Shown here: piece by piece, positions 12,879-27,240 of the stretch
Layout of the letters: every line of letters starts with the position of its first letter
Position numbering within the stretch: the first letter of the stretch is position 1
Assembly (NCBI GenBank): GCA_043228905.1
Contig: JBHGNT010000021.1
Span: forward strand, 744,001 to 808,000
Source of the DNA: Azolla caroliniana
Lineage: Eukaryota > Plantae > Polypodiophyta
Reading direction: 5' to 3'
DNA length: 64,000 nt
Translations under genes and position numbers: made by a program
The notes under the pieces: generated by a model
What the model was told of the DNA's origin: nothing
Seen by the model: the letters and a program-made list of their open reading frames with translations, nothing else
The model's database searches: none

Positions 12879-15547
12879 ATGAATATTGCCCATTTTCGAC
12901 AGTTCCTTATCGCTAATTCTCACACATCCTCCTCCTCCTCCTCCTCCTCCTCATCTCCTAATTCTTCTTCCAACTCTTCTTCCAACCCTAATTACCCTAA
13001 CCCTAACCCTAACCCTGCTCAGAACTGGAACAGCCCCAACCACCCTAATCTCGCCCCTAACTCCAACCCTACCACCAACTCTGACAACCCTAATACTACA
13101 TTCATCCCTCCATCTAATTCTAACCCTAATTTCCCTGGCCCTAAAGTAAATCCTTATTCTAAATCTAACCCTAACCCGAATCCTTGCACTAATAATTTCG
13201 ATCACTTCTCCTCTCTCTTCTCTCTGGTCAAGGATCAACACCGATCAAATTCTCTGCCGCTCTCTCCGCAGGAGTCTTCCACGGTAAATCATGACAGCAG
13301 TGAGAAGAATGGAAGAAGACTACTTATCAACAGGTCCAACATTGCTTACATCCATAATTCTGCTTCTTCTTCTTCTTCTTCTTCTTCTTCTTCTTCTTCT
13401 TCTGCCATTGGCAATACATCCAATTGCTTGGGAAACATTCACAGTCATAATACTGTGTCCAATATAGTATGTGGTCCCCGAGCTCTCAGCCATGGCACCT
13501 GGCCTTCTTCTGATGTAATTACCTCCTGCTCCACTGTTATCCGGAAGCCATATATTAATCTCTGCAGCCGTGTCGAATTATCCGCCTCCATAAATCCCAA
13601 CTCTGTCAACGATTTACCTGCCGTCCAATACCCTGAGCGTGGGCCCATCGAATTACCTGCTTCTCAATCTCTGAAGCCTCCTCCGCCAGATTTATCCGCA
13701 GCCAGAAATCCTCCGGAGTGCTGCACCAAACGAATGAAGCTGCAGATTAGCTCTCTGCGAGACCTTGAGAAAGTGCTGCTCGGGGACGACGACGACGAGG
13801 ATTATGTGGATGGTGATTCAGGATACATCGCATACTGCAACGATCATCAAGTCGGTAACAACAGCAGCAACAACAACACGACAGTCCCATTCATCACAAT
13901 TCCTGCGACTACTGTAACCTCTGCAGGAGATGGGACCTGCAAACATACTGTAACCTCTGCAGCACATGTGAGCTGCAAACATGCCGAGGTTAATCACACC
14001 ATAGCTAGGGCAGGCGCCTGCAGAAGAAACTTGGGTCCGGGAAGCGCCGGTGATGGCGGCCGGGAGGAGGAGGAGGAGGATCGGTATCGGGAGCTCCTCC
14101 TCTCGGGCGCGAGGGCTGTAGATGATGGCGATCTCGCGCTCGCCTCCTCCATTATCACATCTATTCTCAAGTCCTGCGCCATGTCCCCCGCCCACCGCCA
14201 CAGGGCCGGCCCTATGTGCCGGTTGGCCGCCCACGTAGCGGACGGCCTGGCCGCCCGAATCGCCAAATTGGCATCGGAGAGCCTTCATAGTGGCAGCACT
14301 CCCAGTTGTAGTAGTAGTAGTAGCAGTAGTGGCAGTACTAGTGTGGCCATATCACTGCCCCTGCTTAACCCTAGAATCGACAATGCCGAACACCATCATC
14401 ATTGGGGTATCCAGAATGGCTTGGACCCCGATGCTCGTCCTCCGGACTTTCGTGCCTCCCCTCTTTTCACATTCGGGCACGCCGTCGCCAATGCGGCCAT
14501 CGCGGACACGCTCCGGGATGAGCCGCTCGTGCATATACTACACTTTTCCATGCATGGTGGTGGATTCGGGGGCGGCCATCCATATGGACTTGATCATTGG
14601 GAAGGTTTGATCCAACTGTTTGCCAAGAGACAAGGGGGCCCTCCTCGTGTAAGTAGACTTGTCATTCATGAATTCTATACAATATATATATATATATAGC
14701 CAATGGGCCTTTGTCTGGCCTAATCACACTCCATTATATATTGGCTAATTGCTTGCGCCTTTTGCGAATCATGTTTTCATAACTATTTCCTGCTTTCACT
14801 CATAAATAATCGCATTGATCTATGCAGGTTCGTCTCACGGGAGTAGCCGATCCACGATCGCCTGCCTATACCCACCTGGAAGGCATTGGGAGGAATCTTC
14901 ATGAGATGGCACGAGAGGCGGGAGTGCAATTGGAGTTCAAGGGAGTGCAAATGGACCTAGAAACCGAGGACTCGCTAGAATCGCTCAAATCATTGGGGAA
15001 GGCGGCGGCAGAATCAGGCGAGGCGTTAGCGGTGAACTTCTCATTCCACCTCCATCACATGGCGGACGAGAGCGTGAGCACGAGCAATCCTCGGGACAGG
15101 CTCCTACGGGCTGTGCGCGCCATGGGGCCGAGAGTGGTGACACTGGTGGAGCACGAGGCCAACACGAACACCTCCCCATTCTACCCGAGGTTCGTGGAGG
15201 CAGTGAGCTACTTTGGCGCGGTGTTTGAGTCATTGGAGGGGTGTCACGGGAGGAGTGGGCGGGCTGGGGCCGGGGCCGAGGCTGTGAGGCGTGGGTTGGC
15301 CCGGGATATAGTGAACATCATATCGTGTGAAGGCGGAGAGAGATGGGAGCGGTACGAAGTGTTCAGGAAGTGGAAGTCGAGGATGGCGATGGCGGGATTC
15401 GAACCCGTGTGCCTTCGAAGGGATGGTCGCATTGTCGAAGGGGTTCTCGGGACTTCCTGGGGGAAGTATACCGTGAGGGAGGATTCCGGTGCACTTTTCT
15501 TGGACTGGCGTGATCGCGCCCTCGTCGCGGCATCCGCATGGAAATGA
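12879..15547 (+). CDS. GRAS family transcription factor, PAT1/SCL1-like branch, 2 exons, about 829 aa
   Basis: Exons 12879-14648 and 14828-15547; phase-0 intron CGT|GTAAGT...TGCAG|GTT joins GGPPR to VRLTG. GRAS motifs: LLLSGARAV (LHRI), VHILHF (VHIID position), LHHMADESVSTSNPRDRLLR, VVTLVEHEANTNTSPFYPRF (PFYRE), CEGGERWERYE...W..RM..AGF, and terminal SAW. Long Ser/Asn/Pro low-complexity N-terminus. The ATG choice is inferred. Confidence 0.9.
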
Positions 15548-18500
15548 AATTTTTTCGTTCCAATTGGATTTGGAAATCATATACCTTTTTACATAACATA
15601 TATAATGGATTATGATGATGATGACATTGATGAGGTTGTTGCCTCAAACATCTCATTTGCTTTTTTTGCTTTTTTTGCTTTTCTAGTCTCTCTCTCTCTC
15701 TCTCCATGTGGTGGTGTTATTTTGTGTGGATTCCTCCAAAAGAAGGGGGCTCTAATCTTCGTGGGTCTTTTGCCAAAAACTGTTGTGAGAAAACGCAGAA
15801 AAGCAAAAAGCCCCCCCCTGGGCCCTCCCCATAAAAAGCAAGTGGAATTTGAAATGATTTGTACTTACTTTCTCTTACCTGACATGATGGGATCATTAGA
15901 TTATTGTTTTCTTTTTTGTCTGTTGTTACAGAATGTCTGACAATTATATTTATATTGATAGTTAATGAAACCCCATAAGAAAACAAAAATAATGGTAAAT
16001 AAATGTGTCTTAACACCAAAATAAATAAAAAGCCAAAAAAGCATTTTGGGAAAGCATATTAAATGCAAGAACCATGTAGGGCGTTAAATGTCTTGATAAA
16101 TTGGAGTCAATTCTTGGTTTCTTGAGCTGGTTAAGGTTTTGATAAGGATAATGTATGTATGGTCAATAAAACCAAGGAAACACATGGATTTTTTTTTGCT
16201 TTTGTTTTGCTTATTTGCCGACATTGCACTCAGATGCTTTGTTAAACTCGTGCCTCAGGCAATTACATAATTAGCGAGTCTTGGCTATCTCTTCTGCCCG
16301 TATTTAGAGCCCAAGTTCATTTGGAATGTACAACCCAAGTGATTAATGCCTTGGTTTGTTGTCGATACCCACTTTCTCATTCTTGCTTACTAGGTAGATT
16401 TCATATGTTTAGTGTCATAATTTTAGCGTGATCACGCACCTTTCACTTTTATTAAGGGTGTATGGTGATTTTATGAACAAACCTAGCATACTTTTAAAGC
16501 ATATTGTAAGTACTTGTTCCCGACAATTGGCTTCGTTCCATAAAATCGTACATGCACATGATGCACTTTATACGCTCAACATTCTCCTTGCTAGTGTAAG
16601 TTCTTAACTCTAGAGTGAATCTGCTTCCTAGGACCTTGGGGGCAATGCTATGGGGTCTGAAATATTTCCCCATGAAATCTCCTTGGAAAATGCACCATTC
16701 GAATATCCAACATTGCATATTATTACTACGATTAATCTGAATCCATTTTTGTGACCAACTTTGATGGGTAGTTAAGAATCTTATTGTGTAGAAGTAGTAG
16801 AGTCTGGGAGCATCATTAGAAGATTCTCTCACAGACCATACCTCATCGAACTTTTTGAGCCTTTTCAATGGTTTTATTGTGTTTGGGTGATAAGTAGTAA
16901 CTTATGATTGTGTGTCGAAATGTTTTTGGTCAATCACAAATCATACTCTTGGCAAGAGATACCATAAATTGGAGGCCATAGTCAAACAAGAGTCCCTTAT
17001 GTTAGAAGTGATCTTTCGATCCTTGTAACCGTGAAAACAAATCCAATCCATTAGTTTTTATCAGGATTCCTTCTTGTCTAAGAGTGAACATTGATGTCGA
17101 TTAATAATGACGAGCTATAGCAAGAAAGACACATGAAGTGGAATTATTCCATCTTGATGATCAAAGCCAAACACCTTTACTTTATATTAAGTCTCTTGCA
17201 TTCAATTTTCCATATTACATCATAAAGAATGTATTGCTTTTGACTAGGTACTATCCCTCCATCTTATCATAGAAATAAATATGTATTATAAATAAAATAG
17301 TAACGAGTTTTGAGAAACTGAAAACACTGTAAAGTTTGTTTGGGGTTTGGAAGCACTCGCGTGCGCGCCCAAAACACAAACTTCAACATGATTTCAACTC
17401 AAATGCCATCATCACTTTGTTGTTGTAAGTGACTCCATTACTAGGATCAAGTGTAGTGGAGCAAAAAAATAGCGAAACATTGCTATTTAAAACTTAGCTA
17501 ATAGACATTGAAATAGACTCGTGTTCCGACTCCAATAATTTTCATTCACGTTACTTAGAGAAAACACTTGACATGCCCCAATAAAGTTTAGATAAGGGAT
17601 CGAAAGTAAAACTTAAGAGATTCTCTAAGACCCATGGTGCTTACATATCTCAAACAATGGGCAAATTTGTTGAGCACATGTGACATTACTATAGCATGAG
17701 TACTAGCAAACATTTGATGAATATGAAGATGAAGACCTTGGTAAATATATTGAGAATGTGAATTTGTATGTCCAACGCAATGAATCTCGTATATGAGATA
17801 TGAAACACAGTTTTGACATGTTTCTTGCCAATGCATCAATTGCTTTGAAAACATTTGTCTCATATATTTTGAAGTTTGTAAGTATTGGTATATTGATGTC
17901 TTCATGAATGATACAACTTATGATTGTATGGGCAATAATTTCTCAACTAAATTTGAGCAAAATCCATCCCTTTGAATCCCAAACTCAACCTTTGCTTGAA
18001 CATTAGCTTAGTTGTTGCAAACTAGGACCATGTCATCTATAAATGTGATGAGAATCATTGTTATATAGCGTTTAGGACCATAATTTGCTTTCCATGAAAA
18101 GTCCATTATCTCGTAAATAATGGGTTTTTGATGCTTGCTTTAGCCTATACAAAACTGTCTACAACCTCAATAACATTACTTTTGAATAAGTTCACTCAAA
18201 ATCCTGTCATTGCTCCATGAATAACTCCATCTAGTCTATTTTTAATAAAATTAAAGAACTTTTACATCATTTCTCAAACCAGTTCTTCACGAATTATACT
18301 TATAAGTGTATGAATAAAACCTCAGGTATTCATTCACCCATTAGGGGTAGTAGAAAAGATTGGAGAGGGAGAGGAATTACTTGTAAATATTATTCTAGAT
18401 TATAAGTACTTGTGGACTCTTTTCTCCCCTATTTACTCTTAAAGTTAAATAATTAAGTTTTTGAAACTTGAGAGGTTTTAAATGATTAATTCAATAATTA

Positions 18501-18769
18501 ATAAAAATGTATGGTTTAGTGGTGGGTTGATATATTCTCAATAAACATAAGTCGCTCAACACTTATAAGATTGAACAATCCACACCCTCTAATCAGGGAC
18601 CAATCAAACTCTACACCCCAACAACTCGATAACTTATGTAGAACAAACTCTCATGGCGAAGTCACTACCAAAACCACTATCAACAAAAATTAACAAAGGG
18701 TTTGTGTTGTAAAATGACAAGAGCACTTTACAACTTCGTTACGAAATTAAGATTATCTTATGCAAGTTT

Positions 18770-21050
18770 TGTTTTTCCAACAATGGTTTAAATTATGTTT
18801 AAAGCGATTTACAATAGTTGCCCTTTCAATTGCTGTTGGACTGCTATAGACATATGTATGTCCCAAAGCATTAGTAATAACAGTTATACTTGGCTACATG
18901 CCTCATGTCGCTAGATGAAATACCCAGAGCGATGGCTGATACCTTCGACGTATACCACCATTAACCATGCAGAATACCTTCATCCTTTCCTATCTCTTCT
19001 TAAAAACCTCTTGCTTTTGAAAGACTACATGACACATATGAATAACCTTTGATAGCCTCATATTCTCCTTTTAGTGTATGCACCAAGGTCACCCAAATCT
19101 CCTTGACTACATCCATAACAGTCTATGGAATTTGCTCAATTATCCTTGGACATCTACTAGTCCACAAAACACAGAAGGTTATTGAACTAATTGTCTCCCA
19201 AACCACTCCATCTTGGACTGAATTAATAGGCATACATGGCGACACTTCCTCAACATATCGACCTATTGTATATACTGCAAAGTTAACCTTTTCTTTTTCA
19301 TAATCATGTAACTCGCCCTTAATATTAGCTCACATCATTGGCCCCCATTTTATATACTCTAGAGCCATACACCTCATGCAAGAGATGTAAAAACCTTTTC
19401 CATACATGATCAGAATAGGTGATGAAAAGACTCCACTTCTAACCCACATCCAAACCCTAACTGTCATAGACATGACAACAATCATGTCAAGATTTGAACT
19501 CTTGACCTCAAGTGTTGTGTTCTAACCAACACGTCCAAATATATGGTCATGTTATGTATATCTTAGTAGATTATTAGTAGATTATCTATTTCAAGTTCTA
19601 GGAGTTTTTAGAAAGTTCTAGAACTAGAAGGTTCTAAAATATTCTCTCGAATATTCTAATGCATGTACTTCGACTCACAGTATAAATACTTGTAACCTCC
19701 TTGGTCCCTTTCAAGGGATTCAACACCAATCATTGACACATCAATCTAGTATTCTCGTTTCGCCCCATCTTCTCTCCTTGATTTACATCTCCGTCTTTAT
19801 GCTCTTGTATTGTTCCTAGCAACTTAAGTTCCTCAACTCATCGCTCCCAACTTCTCGAGTTTCTATCCCCATCACGTCAAGTTCCATGTTCGTAATCTTA
19901 TCGGTCGTAGCATTGTCATCTGTGCTTTGTCGTAGTCTAGGGTTGTGACACTAACAGGAACCGCATAATGAATAATCAACCTTGTAAATAGAATAATCTT
20001 CTTTGGAATTTGCATAACCCATAGCCATTTCCAAAATGTTGTCATGTAAGTAAGATCAACATTATAAGTCAACCATGTTGTAGTTGTTGTCGGCCAATGG
20101 GGTAGTCTACGTCGTATCATCTCCCTTCCAAATCGAATGAAATACTGACAAAATGGAAACGGAATATGATGTAGGTAGCCACTTCCATTCCCCTGGGTCC
20201 CATTCCAGTTCACATAATAGTTTTTCCCCACTACTCATAGATCCAACCATGGATTAACATCATTAGGATCAGGGTCAAGGACCCAAACCTTATCTACCTT
20301 AGCTAGAATTCTAATAGGCTTTAATATAGCCTCAACCAAACATTCATCTTCCTGGGGAATCATCCCTAATCGTCCATCCTATAGAACATCATAACTTAAG
20401 AAAGTATCATCATCTCTAAGGCCACAGATTCCTAGTAAAATCTAAAAATTTGAAAAAACCCTACAACCACTTATGACAATTAGAAAGTATATTATCCTGC
20501 AACGCTAATTGCAACTTCCATAACTCATCAACTATCACCTTTCCTCCTCTTATTCCTCTATACTCTTGTTGAATAATATGAGTAGGGTTGTGAACAAACT
20601 GTTGCCAATTACTAAGAGATGAGGCAAAAGATGAATCCACTTGAGCCCAATTTAATCTGACTCTCCTCGCTAACATAGATCCTTCAACATCTAGAAATGT
20701 AATCATTCATCCATTGAAGTGGGTCAGACTTGTTGCAAATTATCCTTTGTGGACCACCAAGCTTCCTTTATCACAACGACACACCTATCATTTTGAAACA
20801 CTATCTTATGCGAATGGAAGTTAAGAATAAACCACCATCAAAGAGACTTTGTCCATTCATCTCTAATTTTCGGGAAGACCTCTTTCATTCTCAACTGAAG
20901 AAGCATCTTTCACGGCACATTTCCTGGCAGTTATCCTCATACTATAAATTTTGCCAATAATGCCTTACATTGCATCAAAGGATCTACCAAACCTAAACCC
21001 CCTTGAGAAGATGACGCTATAATAGTTTTCCAAGCTACCTTTGGTCTAAC
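18770..21050 (-). mobile_element. Decayed L1-type LINE, 3' portion of ORF2
   Basis: Minus-strand fragment FWKWLWVMQIPKKIILF...HYAVPV resembles the zf-RVT region seen in the other LINE here (FWKGLWCFHMPEKIKLFRW...VVPV). It is interrupted by a solo LTR. Boundaries approximate. Confidence 0.6.
19462..19950 (+). mobile_element. Solo LTR (489 bp), Gypsy-type
   Basis: TGTCA...TGACA termini, exact 5-bp TSD CTAAC (19457-19461 / 19951-19955), TATAAAT at 19681, TTCTAGAA-type motifs upstream of the TATA. Confidence 0.88.
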
Positions 21051-24000
21051 ATTCTTAAAATCAAGAGATCCCTATAAAAAGTTCATAATCAACCTCTATA
21101 GCTTTGACAACAAAGACCTGGAGAATAACCAAGAGGATAGAATATACCATATTGAGGAGAGTAATACTTAGAACTACAAAAGATCAACTTCAGAGAAAGC
21201 AAATAACTGGAATTTAGCTCTGTGTTAACTCAAGAATAAGTGAGAAATGAGAGGAAAAGTGTGAAGGGCACTTGTGATCGAGTACAAAGGGAATAATGTT
21301 CTCATGAGGACATTATCCTAGTCAAAATAAGCCAATGAATGGAAGTCTAAAAGAGGGTGAACAAGTTGAGTAAAACTAGAATGACAAAAAGGGGACAAAG
21401 GCTAGCTTCTTAACATGTATAAGGGTTTGTTTCATGAGCATACCAAATGTCATAGGTCTTGGGTGATAATGATTCTAATATTTAATGTCATCTAGCATAT
21501 TGTAGATGTTTACATAATTGTGACACTAGTTATCAAAGTACATTTTCTGTAGCACATATATGCATGATTGAAAATGGTGAGCATGCATCCAAGCTAGGTG
21601 GCCGTTAGCATACATAAGACTAGGAGCTCTATTTATAGACAACATCTCAATGTTACCAAACCAATTTGTTCAACATGAGTGCTGGAATGCACAAAGTTAT
21701 GAAGATTTATCACAATGGCCTCAACAACTAGAATTTTTTTTAATAACTTTGCATTACCAACAAACTTTAAGAGTACAAAAATCTTGCCTTATTTGAGATT
21801 CATTTGAGTACACACTTTAAGTCATTCGGAATCTCTCGTTGTAGCATAATGTGAAGACCAACAATATTATAGTGGACCATTCATGATTAATGCTATGACA
21901 TTTCATTTAGATATGTGCCCATACCCAGTGCTCTACATCTCATTCTTGCACCTATGTGCATCTAGTTCCAATTTGGATCTGGTGTTTTTGGCCCCAACTC
22001 TTGTTGAACTTGTTGATGGGCCACAATTCAAGGTCGAAGTAGTTCCCTTCAAAGATCTTACACAACAAGTTCTAGAACTACCTCATCAATTGGTTGGGTT
22101 GTACCCCTAGGGATTGAACTTGGAAACCCTAGAGAGAATTTAACTAATGCTCGAGCTATTGTATTGACTTTTCATCACCTAAAAACTATTAATCCAGGTG
22201 TCATGAGCAGATGACATGCCATAGGTTTTAGGTGATAACGATTCTAATATTTTCCATCCACTCTAGTTATTGAAGCACATTGTATCTCATAGCTACCTAT
22301 GCATGATCACCATGCTGTGAGTGAAGGAGCCAATGTCAATTGGTGGTAAGATGCTTTGACAGTTGCAACAAAGAGAAATCAGGCATTTATGTTGCTATTC
22401 AGGCATGCCTGTAGAGGAGGCAGAGATCACAATGTGAAGATGGTGTAGTTGAATGAAAGAAATCATATGATTCTTGAGCTGCCTACCTTTTTCATGCCTC
22501 CCATCAACGTTAGTTTTTGGGGCAGAATTTGCTCTACAACTCTGCACATCCATAATCGCGTCTTTGGCTCCCCTGGGTATGTTCATTCCTCCATTGGGAC
22601 ATCACTAGAATTTAGACCCTAAAAGTATCAAAAGTAGTCAGTGCAGAATCCAAATGCTTTCATCACAATGTTCGATCCGTCATGGTGATGGATGATGCTC
22701 TTTTCAATTAAAAATGAGACCAAATTTGGAGTCAATTTTGGTTCTTTGAAGCATTTGTAATATTCCCAAACTTTTCACTCTTAATCATTAGGAAGGAGAA
22801 TACGATTGGGGGCCTCTTGATTTTGGTGTATATGGTGTTACTTACAGCCACAAACTGTGTTATGGAAGATCTTTCCCATGTCAACTGAACTTGACACCAT
22901 CAGACGCAAAACTTGGTATTAGTCCAACCACCATCAAAGCCAAACACAGTTGGTGTTTGGTAGTACAACTTCAAGTGAATCCATGACAAGGTTACCCAAC
23001 TACCTGGTTTTTGTATCCATGACAAGGAGAGTCATCTTTATAGCCTACACAAAAGTATATGACAGTCTGAAATAACTTTCTCCTTTGCATTAGCATAATG
23101 AATCCAAGCTAATTCTAATGGTTACGCTCTACAAAACCATCTCTAATAAATGAATATTAATAATCAATCTGATATTGGAGACCTTTGAAATAACCAGTAC
23201 AAAACTTCTACATGAATTTCACAGCCTACGTCGTCTTCCTCTCAACAATGTCCACCTGAAAGATTCTACAAGGATCTCATATATCCTCTCATTGACTGTT
23301 AATCCTTGTCAACTTTTCCTATCCACTGCACAATGCACATTGGCAACGATCCAGCTTCTCTATGTACAAATTTAGATTAACATAGTGCTAGGTGCACGTT
23401 GACTAGATCGTGTGATTCCAATTGGGACAGAAATTTTGATACATGCCATTCTACTCACATTGCTTCTACCCTCCATTCAAGACCTATGTAGAGTAACAAA
23501 TATCAATCTGTGAATATGGATCAGCCGCTTGCTGCGCTTCATGTGACGCCATTTGGCTTTGATATTTCCTAATGATTTTTTTTTTGTGCACATTTTGGAG
23601 CCACATTCACTATTGTGATAATCAAAGTTGCATTTCTAATGCACAGGATCCAATGTTTCATGCATGAACCAAACGCATTTAGTGCAATAGAAGCTGAATG
23701 AGGGGTGATTGTTGGAGACCTTCTCATATTATTCTCTTGCAACTAATAATGGCACTGACATCTTAAACTAGCTTGTATGATCGATGACCTTACCTTTTCT
23801 GCAAAATCCAAAACTTAGAACACACTCTTAGAGTTTGTATAAACATGGTTAGTGTGAAACTGTAAATGAACCCACATCCTTCTCCTACCAATCAATTGTC
23901 ATCACTCAATCACTACCCATTGTCAATCCTTGGTTCCTCCTCATCCACCATCTATAATTGTGAGTTCTGTCTCCACTTGTCTACCTTCCACTCTTAATCA

Positions 24001-24482
24001 ATTATTGTACTACAGATAGTTTCCGGCATTTCTACATTTTGTTTTCTCTACTTGTTTTCTGTTTTGACCATCTCAACCTCTTAGCAACTGATCTGTTTAC
24101 TCCACAATTACTTTCCTTCAGAATGTTCCTTTTGCCTTATCATTAATATGATGACTAAATGTTGCCAATATTAATTCCTTCATATTGGAGCAATTATTAA
24201 TTACAGCCAATTGCTCAATCAACACCCTCCCTCTATGCTAATTCCACCTACCAATCATCATAATTATTTTTATTTATTCTAGTCTTTATCTATCGTTAAT
24301 TATGAGATTGCAACTCTAATGTAATGTACTTTATTCTCATCAGACCAGTCAAAGACATAAAAGTAAGTTGTTCACCTACCACTATTCATGGGTACAACAA
24401 GACCATTCCCCCCCTCCCTCCCTCCCCCCAAATAAAAAGAAAACCAAACTGGTAGAAATATCTATATATACAAATGGTCTTA

Positions 24483-26720
24483 TCAATAGATTTTACTACA
24501 GCTGTTTGTAAAAATCTGCTTCTGCCTCTTTGAGTCGATAATACCTTGGAAAGTTTCCACAAGTTGTGTGGCCAAGCTATCCGGATTGTCTTTGAAATTA
24601 CGAACAAAAACACACACTGCCCTTCTCTCATAGGCTGATGCCCTAAGGCCATACCATGTCAAGAACTTCATTCGAAATTCACTTGAAATATGGCCTTGGC
24701 ATTCGAGCCAACGAACCACTTTGACTGTAAAGTCAAAGTCATGAATCTTGGCTGAATCTTGACCATCCATTTTGATAGACCCATCCATGCAAACAAAGAA
24801 ATCTACTTTGTTTGCTCTAGTGTTCAGAGCACCCCCAATCATGTGGAGCAAGTCTCTTTCGGCTATTCTTTCACTGAATATGCGAGAGTGGGCCTCCTTA
24901 TCCTTGCATTGAATTTGCATCAGCCAATGCTCTACCGAGGAGTTTCCATTAGCAATATTTGTATCATGCCTTTGAAATGCTAAATGAGAAGTCTTCTGAC
25001 CAGCCTTTCCGGAGGCTAAATGAGAACTTATGTACTCTAAATCACCATTTTTCTTATTTATAGCAGCGGCAGTGCCCTTCCTAGTCATTTCTTCTAGGAC
25101 CTGGATTCGGGTGTGCCCAATTCCTTCCCCATGACCATCCATTACAGCACCAGAGGATTGTTTCCTTAAAACATCTAGTTCCTTGTCCAAAACTCTCGGT
25201 AAATGATCGAGATTCCCTCTTTGTGCTTCTTTATCCACTCTTGGAGATTCTGAGCTTTTTGTGCAATACTCCGCTTCATACTTGTTTAGACCCCCTCTTG
25301 AGAAAGAGATCAATTTGAACATGTATTGAGTTGACAGCTGTAGAGATTTCACCAAAGCTCTTTTCGATGTGGAACATGAGGTCCATGTTGGGGATCTTGG
25401 ATAGCTATCCTCGACACCTTTCCTATGCCATAGCTTATAGGTACAATTTTTTTCACCAGAATGATCATTCACTACCACCACAACCATTGTTGGCGAGCAT
25501 GCGTCCTCAAAATGAAAGCTGAATGAATCCCCATTCGGAATTTCTAAAACCAAAAAGAAGCCCCAAAATGAATACTTGGCTAAGAGTGAACCTCGACTCA
25601 AAATTGGTATCAGAGACATCATTACCTTTAAGAGATGTATTTGTTCTCATTGGTTCCACCTTCACTAATGCCAAATCAATAAGCTTCCTCACATCTGCAT
25701 TGCAAGCAAGACGATTCACGATGCATCTCTCTAGCTTCACTGAAACTTGGGTCATCAGACGAACCTCGGCATCAAGTTTCTTCACTGCCTCTAAAACTAA
25801 GCTGTGGGCTTCTTTAAACTGCACTGTGCGATGCAGGAGCCTGTGGCTCAAGAGAAGGCGACGACAGAGAACATCCACTCTGCGAGCGTCTTTTGCAAGC
25901 AAGAGTTGTTTCTTCCAGAACCTGAAGAGATTTACGGGATTAGATCACATCATCATTAGTATTTGATATGGTCCAAGAAAACAATAATAGCACAGGAGTT
26001 TCACCATACAACTCGTGGATTTTAAAAACCCTTCATTATTACACAACGCTTATCTACAAAAGGGCATGATTATGTCATTATCAGCAATCCAAAAACAGTG
26101 ATGTGATATCAGCTATCACTCTAAGGCTACATGACTTCTAATACTTAGTTATAGAGTCAAGCTAAAACCATAATGCAGTTGAGGAAGCACCCAATTAAAG
26201 AAGTGGCATGGCGGCAAGCCTGGCACTGATAAGATCCGTCATGCAATATTGCAGCTTTCCCATCCATGATGACCCCTGCAACCCCTTCTTGAAGGGCACA
26301 TTCAACATGGCAAGAGAGCCCACATCTCTCACAAACTATCCAGAGGCTCGGATCCTTATTGTCATCGAAAGTCTTACAAAGAACACATGAACATCTCTTG
26401 CAAAACGAGGCTCCGAGACGAACTACTGCTTTACACGCCATATTCTTGCATATGGTCCCAGGGCCGAAAATCGCTGGGATTCGAGGTTTTCTCTTGCCTT
26501 TCACTATCTTGTTCATCAAGCACACATGGTTCTCACGGGCGGACACATCTCCGGAGGCCAAATTCACATCATGTGTCATGGAATCAATATCCTTCTTCTT
26601 CCTCGTGATACTAATCGCAGGTTCAACACCTACAGCTATGGCTTTCTCCTCTTCATCACCATCACCATCATATGATGTTCTCCAGTTCACAGAATCCATG
26701 GCAGAGCTGAGCTTTTTCAT
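24483..26720 (-). CDS. VIN3-like (VEL family) PHD-FNIII-VEL protein, at least 3 coding exons, about 628 aa or more
   Basis: Exons 26720-26191, 25921-25626, 25543-24483 with GT-AG and matching phase. PHD CKRCSCVLC...DNKDPSLWIVC..CGLSCHVECAL...DGSYQCQAC; helical region WKKQLLLAKDARRVDVLC; FNIII YKLWHRK...LQLSTQYMFKLISF; VEL domain VKVVRWLECQGHI...FRMKFLTWY.LRA...ERR.V..F...DNPDSLATQLVETF. The frame stays open upstream to an acceptor at 26881, so the N-terminus may be longer. Confidence 0.9.
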
Positions 26721-27240
26721 CAGAACATCTTGAATACATGTGAGCTCTGAATTCGTTATCTCTTTCTCCTTCCTATTCTTCTTGCTATTATTAAGATTCT
26801 TCTTGAAAAAGTTGGTGAAGACCAGTAGAGAAGCGTGGATCAGAGCTTGTCTGCCATACGGAATAAAGCGATGGCGGAACCCTGCAGGGATGATGAGCGA
26901 GGATGATGATCAGAAGAAGCTAGTGTAGAGAAGAATATGTCCGTGTCTTGAAGAGAGGAGAACAGAGACAGACAGACAGAGGAAGGGAAGGAAGAAAAGC
27001 AGAAAAGACTTGATGGGTTCTGTGCCTTTCTGTGTCATCTCTGTTCCTTCCCCTGTTTCCAATCTTGGATTTCTAGAAAGCTTTAAGCTTTCATGGAAAT
27101 AAGCTGCTTCTTTTCTTTGTTCTCCTTCCTTTTCTTTCTCAATGGGGATGCTTTAGTAAAATTGAAGGGCTACTTCTCAGTGCCAACTTCCAAGTGGAAC
27201 ACAAACATGATCTTCGGTGGTGCCGGAGTTAATACCGATT

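Noticed and set aside
12995-13016. (CCCTAA)n telomeric repeat
   Set aside because: Fewer than four units, lying in frame within the GRAS Pro-Asn low-complexity coding region
21448-22310. ~130-bp diverged direct repeats at about 21450 and 22215 as a TRIM-like element
   Set aside because: No clear TG..CA ends, TSD, PBS or PPT
25523-26928. Plus-strand ORFs over the VIN3-like gene, and similar shadow ORFs over GRAS, gag and pol
   Set aside because: Antisense or alternate-frame shadows of real coding sequence
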